Shown piece after piece: positions 26,395 to 35,074 of a DNA stretch of 64,000 nucleotides; position 1 is the stretch's first letter, and each line of letters starts with the position of its first letter. The stretch is taken from the NCBI GenBank assembly GCA_945878135.1, contig CAMDUL010000007.1:31598-95597 (forward strand), given 5' to 3'. The notes beneath the pieces are model-generated. The model searched no databases. It saw only the letters and a program-made list of their open reading frames with translations, and had not been told where the DNA came from. The stretch comes from Chthoniobacter flavus. Its GTDB lineage: Bacteria > Verrucomicrobiota > Verrucomicrobiia > Chthoniobacterales > JACTMZ01. The translations under genes and the position numbers were made by a program.

Positions 26395-27783
26395 TCACCC
26401 GGGGATGCTTTTCAGCATTTCGGCATTGGTCGGGTATTTGCGCACAAAGTGCAGCAACCGCTCGATGGCCTCGATCGGCTTGTGCCCGGCCAGGCCGCGG
26501 CGGATGACATTGATTTTGTGCAGTTGCTCCTCGGGCAAAAGAAGTTCCTCGCGGCGGGTGCCGGAAAGGAAAATATCCACCGCGGGGTAGATCCGCTGCT
26601 CGCTCACTTTGCGGTCGAGGACCAGTTCCATGTTCCCGGTGCCTTTGAACTCTTGGAAGATGAGTTCATCCATGCGGCTGCCGGTTTCGATGAGCGCGGT
26701 GGCCATGATGGTGAGCGATCCGGCTTCCTCGGTGTTGCGGGCCGCGGCGAAAAGTTTGCGCGGGATTTCCAGGGCGCGCGAATCGACACCGCCGCTCATG
26801 GTGCGTCCGCCGCCGCCGGTTGCATTGTTGAAGGCGCGGCCGATGCGGGTGAGCGAATCCATGAGGACGAAAACATCCTTGCCCATCTCGACCAGGCGCT
26901 TGGCCCGTTCGATGGCGAGGATGGCGATGCGCGTGTGGCTCTTGATGTCGCTGTCGTTCGAGCTGGCCATCAACTCGGCCTGCGGCACGGTGCGGCGGAT
27001 TTCGGTGACCTCCTCCGGACGCTCGTCGACCAGCAGGATGATGAGCTTCATCTCGGGATGATTTTTCACCACCGCCTCGGCGATGTGCTGCAGAAGCGTC
27101 GTCTTGCCGGTCCGCGGGGGTGCGACGATGAGTCCGCGCTGGCCCTTGCCGATCGGTGTCATAATGTCCATGACCCGCGTGGTGTAACGCGCGGGATCGG
27201 TCTCGAGGTTGATCCGCGAATTCGGGTTGATCGTGGTCAGTTCCTCAAAATACGGGATGTTGGCGTATTTGGCCGGATCCTCGCCCTCGATCTCGGTGCA
27301 GCGGAAGAGCTGCGGACCGCGGCTGCCTTTGCGGATCTCGCCTTTGATCCAGATGCCGTCGCGCAGGTTGAAAGCGCGGACGACTTCCGGGGTGACGAAA
27401 ATGTCGTTGTTGGACTGGGTGAAGTTGCGCTTGGGGTTGCGCAGGAAGCCGAAACCTTTGCCGCTGACTTCGACGATACCCTCGGCGAAGACCGGTTCGC
27501 CGGACGGCTCTTCCTCGAGCGGCACGCCCGCGTCGGACGGGCCTTCGCCCCCGCCGCCGCCCCGCGGTCCGCGGTCGTCACGGTCTCCCCGTTCGCCCCG
27601 GTCGCCCCGGAAACGACGGTCGCGCCCGCGGCGGAAATTGCGCTGCCGGTTGCGTCGTCCGCCTTCGCGCTGGCCGTCATGATCGGGCGCGGGCAAGGCC
27701 GGACCGGGCCGGTGCTCGGGGAGAGCGGCTTCGCGTTCGTGGACCGGCAAAGCCGGGGTGTCGGGGGATTTGGTATCGTCCAT
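26395..27783 (-). CDS. rho: transcription termination factor Rho
   Basis: Internal ATG 27783 of ORF 26395..28017 (462 aa). Cold-shock-like RNA-binding segment GKGFGFLR, Walker A PPRTGKTTLLQ, and LVDERPEEV. The N-terminal ~97 aa are Arg/Gly/Asp-rich low complexity. Confidence 0.95.
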   Translation of the reverse strand: MDDTKSPDTPALPVHEREAALPEHRPGPALPAPDHDGQREGGRRNRQRNFRRGRDRRFRGDRGERGDRDDRGPRGGGGGEGPSDAGVPLEEEPSGEPVFAEGIVEVSGKGFGFLRNPKRNFTQSNNDIFVTPEVVRAFNLRDGIWIKGEIRKGSRGPQLFRCTEIEGEDPAKYANIPYFEELTTINPNSRINLETDPARYTTRVMDIMTPIGKGQRGLIVAPPRTGKTTLLQHIAEAVVKNHPEMKLIILLVDERPEEVTEIRRTVPQAELMASSNDSDIKSHTRIAILAIERAKRLVEMGKDVFVLMDSLTRIGRAFNNATGGGGRTMSGGVDSRALEIPRKLFAAARNTEEAGSLTIMATALIETGSRMDELIFQEFKGTGNMELVLDRKVSEQRIYPAVDIFLSGTRREELLLPEEQLHKINVIRRGLAGHKPIEAIERLLHFVRKYPTNAEMLKSIPG

Positions 27784-27865
27784 GGTCTTGATCGGGAGAT
27801 TCAGTTGAGGCCGGGAAGACGCTCGCGCACTTCGGCCGGGAGTTGGAAATGGGAATAGATGTGGC

Positions 27866-28006
27866 GTCCGGATCGGGAAGACCCGTCTTCGCAGTGACCG
27901 CGACCGCTTGCGGCAGCTTGGAAAATAGCTTCCCCCGCTCCGCGTCGATCGCGCCTTGGATGCGCTGAACTTTGGACCACTTGTTGTGACCGGCCGTGAA
28001 TTGCAC
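27866..28006 (-). pseudogene. N-terminal remnant of a YebC/PmpR-family gene
   Basis: From GTG 28006: VQFTAGHNKWSKVQRIQGAIDAERGKLFSKLPQAVAVTAKTGLPDPDA. This aligns with the YebC N-terminus (MAGHSKW...DAKRGKIF.K.....AAK.GGGDPDA). Similarity stops after ~47 codons in all three frames. Confidence 0.45.
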
Positions 28007-28281
28007 CCGGATGTCATTCCGGGCCCGGTGATGCAAATAGATTATCTGATTGGTTCTTGGGGATTGCGCGCCGTACTTTGGCAACCTTGTGCCGGAATCG
28101 CCTCCAGAGGGAGCGCGACGAACGGCGCGGACAATCGGAACGAGGTCATAAGACAACGACGGCGCCCTGCTGTCAACCCGCTTTGACAAAAAAGTGTCCC
28201 GAGCCGGGAAAAGGCTCCGGCGTCGGTTTTCCACGGCGACGGCGTCCTTGCCGGCAGATCGCGGCGCGCACGCTTTCCGGC

Positions 28282-28824
28282 TCAGGCCATGATGGCCCGG
28301 GCGATTTCCTCCTCCTTGGCTTCGCCGAAGAGCCGGTCAACCAAGGCCAAGCCGAATTCGAGAGCCGTCCCCGCCCCGCGCGAAGTGATGATCAGGCCGT
28401 CTTCCATCACCCGCTCGCCGGTCTGGGCCCCGGGCAACTCATTGGCCGCGGAAAAATGCGCCGTGAAGCGCTTGCCCTCGAGCAAGCCAGCGTCTTCGAG
28501 CACAAGCGGACCGGCACAAATGGCCGCCACGGGCTTGCCGGCTTGGACGAAACTTTTGGCCAGTGCGGCCGGGCGTCCGTCAGCGCGCAACTTGGCCACC
28601 GCCGCGCCTCCGGGAAGAAAAAGCAGGTCGAAGTCCTCTGCTTCCGCGTCACCGAGAGTTTGGTCCGCGTGCAACACAAGGTTATTGCGGCCGGTGACAT
28701 GAATCCCCCCGCCCACCGCGGCCAACACGACCTCCGCCCCGGCCCGCCGCAAAACGTCAACCGGTGCGACGAGCTCCAACTCCTCCACGCCGTCAGCCAC
28801 GAGGCAGAGGACGCGTTTGGTCAT
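28282..28824 (-). CDS. DJ-1/PfpI family protein
   Basis: Internal ATG 28824 of ORF 28282..29571 (180 aa). Nucleophile elbow AAICAGP and GGAAV motifs. ATGA overlap with glyA. Confidence 0.85.
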   Translation of the reverse strand: MTKRVLCLVADGVEELELVAPVDVLRRAGAEVVLAAVGGGIHVTGRNNLVLHADQTLGDAEAEDFDLLFLPGGAAVAKLRADGRPAALAKSFVQAGKPVAAICAGPLVLEDAGLLEGKRFTAHFSAANELPGAQTGERVMEDGLIITSRGAGTALEFGLALVDRLFGEAKEEEIARAIMA

Positions 28825-30101
28825 GGCAGCGGGTAGCGCGAGGTGAAAGCGTGCACGCGTTTCATCACCGCGGCCAGCGCCGCGGCGTCGTCCGCCTTTT
28901 GCAACGCCGCGTGGATGAGGTCGGCGATTTCCATCATCTCCTCCTCCTTCATGCCGCGCGTGGTCATGGCCGGCGTGCCGATACGAATGCCGCCCGTCTT
29001 CATGATCGGCTCGGTGTCGAACGGGATGGCATTTTTGTTCACCGTGATCCCCGCGTGGTCGAGGGCTTCCTGGGCCTGCTTGCCGTTGAGGCCTTTCGGA
29101 CGCAAATCGACGAGCAGCACGTGGTTGTCCGTGCCTCCGGACACGATGCGGTAACCGAGCATGGACAGGCGGGCGGCCAGCGCGCGGGCGTTGGACACGA
29201 CCTGGGCGGCGTAGGCCTTGAAGGACGGTTGCAGCGCTTCGCGGAAACAGACCGCTTTGGCCGCGATGACGTGCATGAGCGGTCCGCCCTGCACGCCGGG
29301 GAAAACCTGCCCGTCGACCGCCTTGGCGTATTGCGCCTTGCAAAGAATCACGCCGGAGCGCGGTCCGCGCAGGCTCTTGTGCGTCGTGCTGGTGATGAAA
29401 TCGGCATACGGAACCGGACTCGGATGCGCGCCGCCGGCCACGAGGCCCGCGATGTGCGCCATGTCGACGAAAAGCAACGCGCCCGCATCGTCGGCGATGC
29501 GGCGCATGCGCTCGAAATCGATGATGCGGGAGTAAGCCGAGGCCCCGGCGGTGATCATTTTCGGACGGCATTCCCGGGCCAGCTTGGCCAGATTGTCATA
29601 ATCAATCGTCTCGGTTTCCGGGCTGACCCCGTAGTGCACGATGTCGTAGAGCTTGCCGGAGAAATTCGCCTTGTGCCCGTGGGTGAGGTGTCCCCCGTGC
29701 GCCAGATCCATGGTGAGGATGCGGTCGCCGACAGCGAGCGAGGCGAAGTAAACAGCCGTGTTGGCCTGGCTGCCGCTGTGCGGTTGCACATTGGCGTGGT
29801 CGGCGCCGAACAATTCCTTGGCGCGTTCGATGGCCAGACTTTCGACCACATCGACGTGCTCGCACCCGCCATACCAGCGGCGCCCCGGGTAACCCTCGGC
29901 GTATTTGTTGGTCAGCGCGGAACCCTGCGCCTCGCGCACGGCCCGGCTGGTGAAATTTTCCGAAGCGATGAGCTCGATATTCTCGAACTGGCGCCGCTCC
30001 TCGTCGTGGATGGCCGCGGCAACGGCCGGGTCGGCCGATTCCAGCGCGGGAATGTCGGAGAGTTCGAAAGCGGCCGGTCGGCCGGTGGCGGTGGTGTTCA
30101 T
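28821..30101 (-). CDS. glyA: serine hydroxymethyltransferase (module of a 578-codon fused ORF)
   Basis: From internal ATG 30101: [23 protein letters not shown] and the PLP-lysine motif [12 protein letters not shown]. There is no stop codon between it and the upstream phosphatase module. Confidence 0.95.
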   Translation of the reverse strand: MNTTATGRPAAFELSDIPALESADPAVAAAIHDEERRQFENIELIASENFTSRAVREAQGSALTNKYAEGYPGRRWYGGCEHVDVVESLAIERAKELFGADHANVQPHSGSQANTAVYFASLAVGDRILTMDLAHGGHLTHGHKANFSGKLYDIVHYGVSPETETIDYDNLAKLARECRPKMITAGASAYSRIIDFERMRRIADDAGALLFVDMAHIAGLVAGGAHPSPVPYADFITSTTHKSLRGPRSGVILCKAQYAKAVDGQVFPGVQGGPLMHVIAAKAVCFREALQPSFKAYAAQVVSNARALAARLSMLGYRIVSGGTDNHVLLVDLRPKGLNGKQAQEALDHAGITVNKNAIPFDTEPIMKTGGIRIGTPAMTTRGMKEEEMMEIADLIHAALQKADDAAALAAVMKRVHAFTSRYPLP

Positions 30102-30557
30102 GGATGGTTTTTTTCCGGTGATGATTTCGATGACCGAAGGCAGGGCGGCCCGGATGTCCTCCTTGCAAAGCTCGTAAGTTTCGCGCGTGCCTCCTATGGG
30201 ATCCTTTACGTCCGAGCGGCCGCCTTTGGCTGCCTCCTTGAAGCGCAGCAACCGTGCTTTCGGTGCCATCTCGGGAAAAAGCAGGAGCAACATATCGAGG
30301 TGGTCCTGCGTCATGGTGAAAATGTGGTCCGCCTGCCGGAGCAGATCCGCGTTGACCGGCTGGCTGCGGATCCCGGAAATATCGATCCCCTCCCTGCGCA
30401 GCACCTCGATGGCATGGGCGCTCGGCGGTTGTCCCTTGCCGGCCCCCAACCCCGCCGAAAACGCCTCGACCTTGTCCCCCAGCGCACGCCGCAGCAGGCC
30501 CTCGGCCATCGGGCTGCGGCAGACATTGCCGGTGCAAATGAAGAGGACTTTTTCCAT
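30102..30557 (-). CDS. low-molecular-weight protein tyrosine/arginine phosphatase module, reads through into glyA
   Basis: ATG 30557 gives [20 protein letters not shown] (C-X5-R-S P-loop) and the DVKDPIGG Asp loop. It is in frame with glyA through ...[11 protein letters not shown], with an A7 tract at 30108..30114. Confidence 0.85.
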
Positions 30558-30659
30558 GGTTCCGCGCGTTGTCGCGCCAGCGTAATGCACGGGCGGGCCA
30601 AGTCAACCTGACGGGAAATCTTGCACCCGCCGTCCGCCCGTGTTCGGCTCATCGGTGTC

Positions 30660-31355
30660 ATGAAAACCCTGTTCTCCGTTCCCGCGATGCTTCTGGTCGC
30701 CGCCTTGACCGCCGCCGCCTCGGACACCCCGCCCGCCGGCCCCTTCACCCTGCCCGAGTTGCCCTACGCCTACGACGCTTTGGAGCCGCATATCGACGCC
30801 AAGACGATGGAGATCCACCACAACAAGCACCACGCAGCCTACGTGAACAACGCCAACAAGGCGCTCGCGGGCAACGAGGACCTCTCCAAAATGTCCGTCT
30901 GGGATCTCGTGGCCCATCTCGACGAGGTCCCTGACGAAATCCGCACCACCCTGCGCAACAACGCCGGCGGCCACGCCAACCATTCTCTTTTCTGGCTCAT
31001 GATGAAACCCGGCGGCGGGGGCCGTCCGTCCGGCGAACTGGCCGGGGCCATCGACGAAAATTTCGGCAGCTACGAGGAATTCCAAAAAGAATTCAGCGCC
31101 GCCGCGATGAAAGTCTTCGGCAGCGGCTGGGCCTGGCTGAGCATCACCCCCGACGGCGAAATGGTCATCGAGACCACCCCGAACCAGGACAACCCGATGA
31201 TGAACGGCGGCACGCCCCTCCTCGGCCTCGATGTCTGGGAGCACGCCTACTACCTCAAAAACCAGAACCGCCGGGCCGACTACGTCGACGCGTGGTGGAA
31301 CGTGGTCGACTGGGATTACGTGGCCGGACGCTACGCCGAGGCGAAAAAAGACTGA
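30660..31355 (+). CDS. sod: Fe/Mn superoxide dismutase with signal peptide
   Basis: ATG 30660 within ORF 30621..31355. Signal-like [21 protein letters not shown], then the [10 protein letters not shown] and DVWEHAYY metal-ligand motifs. Confidence 0.92.
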   Translation: MKTLFSVPAMLLVAALTAAASDTPPAGPFTLPELPYAYDALEPHIDAKTMEIHHNKHHAAYVNNANKALAGNEDLSKMSVWDLVAHLDEVPDEIRTTLRNNAGGHANHSLFWLMMKPGGGGRPSGELAGAIDENFGSYEEFQKEFSAAAMKVFGSGWAWLSITPDGEMVIETTPNQDNPMMNGGTPLLGLDVWEHAYYLKNQNRRADYVDAWWNVVDWDYVAGRYAEAKKD

Positions 31356-31380
31356 CCGTGCGCCGCGCGGGACCGAGTCC

Positions 31381-32868
31381 ATGATCCTTTCCCGCGAAGC
31401 CATGCAGGCCCTCGAGGCGCGCACCATCGCGCGCGGCATCGCGGCCGATGTGCTCATGGAGACTGCCGGCGCCAAGCTGGCGCGCTGCATCACGCAATTC
31501 CACCCGCAACCTGGTCTCCTCGTCTGCTCCACCGGCAAAGGACACAACGCCGGCGACGCCTTCGTCGCGGCGCGTCATTTGTCCTCCGCCGGATGGCGCG
31601 TGCTGGTGCGCAGCGCGTTTGACCTCCCGGACCTCGCCCCGCTCTCGCGCCAGAAATTCGACCTGCTCCGCCCGGCCGTGCTGCGCGGGCCTTTCCAGCC
31701 GTCCGTCCCGCGCGAAGGCCCGCTCGTCCAACTCGACGCGCTGGTCGGCCTCGGCGCCCGCGGTCCTTTGCGTGAACCGCTGGCCTCGCTCGCCTTGGAG
31801 ATGAACACGCTCCGACGCGAGGCCGGGGCACACACCGTGGCGGTGGATTTTCCCTCCGGCCTCGACCCGGACACCGGCACGCCCGGCGATCCGTGCGTGA
31901 TGGCGGACGTCACCGCCGCGATCGGTTTTGCCAAAACAGGATTGGTGGCCGATGCGGCGACCGATCACGTCGGGCGTATCGCTGTTTTGGAAATCCCCGA
32001 TTTCGCGGCCGGAGAACACGGCGGACCCGAAATGCTCACCGCCGCCGCCCTGCGCCGTCACTGGCCGCCGCGCGCGTTCGATACGAACAAAGGCATGTGC
32101 GGTCGGGTGGTCATCCTCGCCGGATCGCGCGGCACGCTCGGCGCGGCGTATTTCGCCACCGCGGGCGCGGTGCGCGGCGGGGCCGGACTCGTTTCGCTCG
32201 GCGCCTTGCCCGACGCGTATGAATTGCTGGCCACCAAGGTCATGCCCGAAGTGATGGTCCGTCCGTTCAAGCAACTCACCGATGTTTTCACCCTGCCGGT
32301 CGACGCGATCGGCATCGGTCCGGGCCTCGGCACCGGCTCGGAAGCGCGCACTTTGCGTATTGTGCGCGAGGCTCCTTGCCCGACGGTGGTCGATGCCGAC
32401 GCCCTGACCATTGTCGCGCACGCCGGATTGCAGCATCTCGACCAAGCCAAGGGCCCGCGCCTGCTCACCCCGCATCCCGGCGAAATGACGCGCCTGCTCG
32501 CCGGGAAAAAAATCAAAGACCGAGCCGCCGTGGCGCGCCAGTTCACCGACCGGCATCCGGTGACCCTGCTGCTCAAAGGCGCACGCACGGTCATCGCGGA
32601 AAAGGGCCGGCCGTTGCGCTACAACCCCACGGGACATCCCGGCATGGCCACCGGCGGCATGGGAGATGTGCTCACCGGCGTGTGCAGCGCGCTGCTTGGT
32701 CAGGGAGCGGACACCTATCTTGCCGCGTCGATCGGCGCGTGGGTCTGTGGACGTGCCGCGGATATCGCCATCGTGCGCGGCGGCCAGTCGGTGGAATCGA
32801 TGGCTCCCGCCGACGTTCTGGAGAATCTCGGTCGCGCTTTCGACTCCCTGCGCGCCGGGGATTTTTAA
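31381..32868 (+). CDS. nnr: bifunctional NAD(P)H-hydrate epimerase / ADP-dependent dehydratase
   Basis: ATG 31381 within ORF 31231..32868. YjeF N-terminal domain (GKGHNAGDAFVAAR) plus a C-terminal carbohydrate-kinase-like domain (TPHPGEM, GMATGGMGDVLTG). Confidence 0.88.
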   Translation: MILSREAMQALEARTIARGIAADVLMETAGAKLARCITQFHPQPGLLVCSTGKGHNAGDAFVAARHLSSAGWRVLVRSAFDLPDLAPLSRQKFDLLRPAVLRGPFQPSVPREGPLVQLDALVGLGARGPLREPLASLALEMNTLRREAGAHTVAVDFPSGLDPDTGTPGDPCVMADVTAAIGFAKTGLVADAATDHVGRIAVLEIPDFAAGEHGGPEMLTAAALRRHWPPRAFDTNKGMCGRVVILAGSRGTLGAAYFATAGAVRGGAGLVSLGALPDAYELLATKVMPEVMVRPFKQLTDVFTLPVDAIGIGPGLGTGSEARTLRIVREAPCPTVVDADALTIVAHAGLQHLDQAKGPRLLTPHPGEMTRLLAGKKIKDRAAVARQFTDRHPVTLLLKGARTVIAEKGRPLRYNPTGHPGMATGGMGDVLTGVCSALLGQGADTYLAASIGAWVCGRAADIAIVRGGQSVESMAPADVLENLGRAFDSLRAGDF

Positions 32869-33842
32869 GGTGCGGCAGGAGGAGCCACCGCAGCCGGTTC
32901 GGCTGGTGCAGGCGCAGGAGCGGGAGGCTCCGCGGAGGCCGGAGCAGTTGTCGCCGGCGCGACAATCTGTTCTATGACAGACTCGGCCGTCTGAGGCACC
33001 GTCTCAGCCGGTGCTCCCTCCGGCGCACTCGAAACCTCATTGGCCGGCGCGCCGATCTGCGGCTGATTATCCGCGACCTGCACGGGCTGTTCAGCCACCG
33101 GCGCCGCCGGGGCTTTTGGTTTGGAACGGGCCCGCGGGCGCGGCTTGGCCGTCACCTCGGCGACGACCACGCTGTCCGTGCCGAGCGGCCCGCCGAGAGC
33201 GGGGGCGAAGGAATCCACCGTGACCGGCGAACCGACATCGAGGATCGAGAAAAGTTGCATCGCCGTGTCTTTCTTCAGCCGGATGCAACCGTGCGAGGCG
33301 GTGCGGTGTCCGGGCACATTGCCGACGTGCATGCCCACCCCGGTGGTGGTCATGCGCATCCAGTAAGGCATCGGTGCGCCGACAAAACGCCCGCCCGCGG
33401 GCACGCCGTGGTCGCGCGTGTCGGCGTCGGAAACCACGGTGGAGCCGGAACCCGAGACGATGCGACCGTAGAGGTTCGAGGCGTGCTTCTCTTTTTTCTC
33501 GAGGATCTTGTAGGAGCCCTTGGGAGTCGGGTGGCTCGACTTCCCGGTGGCCACCGGAAAATCCATGGCCACGGCACCGTCGACCAGCAGGATGCCGCGC
33601 TGCTCGCGCAAGGCGATTTCCACCGCGGTGTTCTGCGCGGTGGCTTTGGCCAGCAGTTCCTCGTTGCGGAAAGTCTGCTTGCGCCAGCCGGGCTGGGTAC
33701 GGAAAGCGGCGTGGGCCTGGTTCTGCTTGGCGACTCTCTGCTTTTCCGCCCTCTGGCGGGTGTCTTCCACCACGGCGCAGCCCGGAAAAAGAAGAATGGC
33801 GGCGAAAAGCGAGGCGAGACGGGAGGGGGCGGACGTTTTCAT
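32865..33842 (-). CDS. L,D-transpeptidase (YkuD) lipoprotein with Pro/Ala-rich C-terminal tail
   Basis: ATG 33842 within ORF 32865..34841. Lipobox LLFPGC and catalytic HGCIRL motif. Its start overlaps the gspF stop by 1 nt. Confidence 0.85.
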   Translation of the reverse strand: MKTSAPSRLASLFAAILLFPGCAVVEDTRQRAEKQRVAKQNQAHAAFRTQPGWRKQTFRNEELLAKATAQNTAVEIALREQRGILLVDGAVAMDFPVATGKSSHPTPKGSYKILEKKEKHASNLYGRIVSGSGSTVVSDADTRDHGVPAGGRFVGAPMPYWMRMTTTGVGMHVGNVPGHRTASHGCIRLKKDTAMQLFSILDVGSPVTVDSFAPALGGPLGTDSVVVAEVTAKPRPRARSKPKAPAAPVAEQPVQVADNQPQIGAPANEVSSAPEGAPAETVPQTAESVIEQIVAPATTAPASAEPPAPAPAPAEPAAVAPPAAP

Positions 33843-35068
33843 CAGCGTTTGGGCAGGCCGGAAACGGTCTGCATGATACCCGTGATCATGGAGTAGGCAA
33901 CCAATCCGACGAAGAGAGCGACCATGAGGATGACCATGGGCTGGATGAGGGCGGTGACGCGCTCGATGACGACGGAAAGCTGTTTGTCGTAGCTCTTGGC
34001 GCTGCGCTCGAGGGCCGCACCGAGGTCGCCGGTCGTCTCCCCCACCTGCACGATGTCGATCATGGTCGGCGGGAAAAATTGGGTGCGCCCGATGGCCCGC
34101 GACAACTGCGCGCCCTCCTGAACGTGATCGGCCACCTTCTCGAGCAATTCCTGCAGATACACATTCGGCGTGGCGTTGCGGATCAGTTGCATCGACTGCA
34201 TGAGGGAGACGCCGTTGTTGAGCAGCGTGGCCAGCGTCTGGGTGAACTGCGCGTAGAAACGCATGCGCAGAAGCGGACCGAAAATGGGAAGCTGCAGCTT
34301 GGTCCGGTCCCACCACGCGCGCCCCTCGCCGCTGCCGGTCAAATGACGGAAGGCCAAGAAGGCGGCGGCCAGCACGAGGAGGATGACCCACCAGTAGGAT
34401 CCCATGAACTCGCTGGTGCCGATGAGAATGCGCGTGGCCAGGGGCAAGGTCTGGCCGGTTTTGTTGAGCAGCGAAGTCAACTGCGGCAGGAGGAAGGTCA
34501 TGAAAATGACGAGGAGCGCGATACCCGCGGCGAAAATGACCGAGGGGTAAATGAGCGCGCTGGTCACGCGGCGCTGCAGGTCGCCCATCATGGTGAGAAA
34601 TTCGACCTGGCGCTTGAGGATCTTCGACACCGTGCCGCTGGCTTCGCCCGCTTTGACCATGTTGCAGTAGAGCTCGTTGAAGCTCGGGCTGGCTTTCTGC
34701 AGCGCGGCGGAAAAAGTCGCGCCTTCGCGCAGCGACTGGCGCGCGCTGGCCGCCACGTGGCGCAGCGCGCTTTTGTCCTGGCGCTGCTCGATGACCTGCA
34801 AGGCGCGGTCGAGTTTGAGTCCGGCCTCGAGCAACTCGCACAGCTCCTCGGTGAAAAGGAGGACCTGCGGGCGGGTGAGGACGTTGGACGCGGGGGCCTC
34901 GTTCCCTTTGGCCGCGGCGGCCGCCGCCGCGCCTTTGGCCGCGAGTTTGAAAGGCTGCAGGTTTTGCTGCCGCAGTTTGCTGAAGGCTTCTTGACGGCTC
35001 GACGCTTCGAGTTCGCCCGAGGTCTTGCCCCCGCCGGCCTGCAGCGCCTCGTATTCGAAGACAGGCAT
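33842..35068 (-). CDS. gspF: type II secretion system inner-membrane platform protein GspF
   Basis: 408 aa. Duplicated GspF/PilC domain architecture with three TM segments. N-terminus MPVFEYEAL. Confidence 0.9.
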   Translation of the reverse strand: MPVFEYEALQAGGGKTSGELEASSRQEAFSKLRQQNLQPFKLAAKGAAAAAAAKGNEAPASNVLTRPQVLLFTEELCELLEAGLKLDRALQVIEQRQDKSALRHVAASARQSLREGATFSAALQKASPSFNELYCNMVKAGEASGTVSKILKRQVEFLTMMGDLQRRVTSALIYPSVIFAAGIALLVIFMTFLLPQLTSLLNKTGQTLPLATRILIGTSEFMGSYWWVILLVLAAAFLAFRHLTGSGEGRAWWDRTKLQLPIFGPLLRMRFYAQFTQTLATLLNNGVSLMQSMQLIRNATPNVYLQELLEKVADHVQEGAQLSRAIGRTQFFPPTMIDIVQVGETTGDLGAALERSAKSYDKQLSVVIERVTALIQPMVILMVALFVGLVAYSMITGIMQTVSGLPKR

Positions 35069-35074
35069 GGCCGG

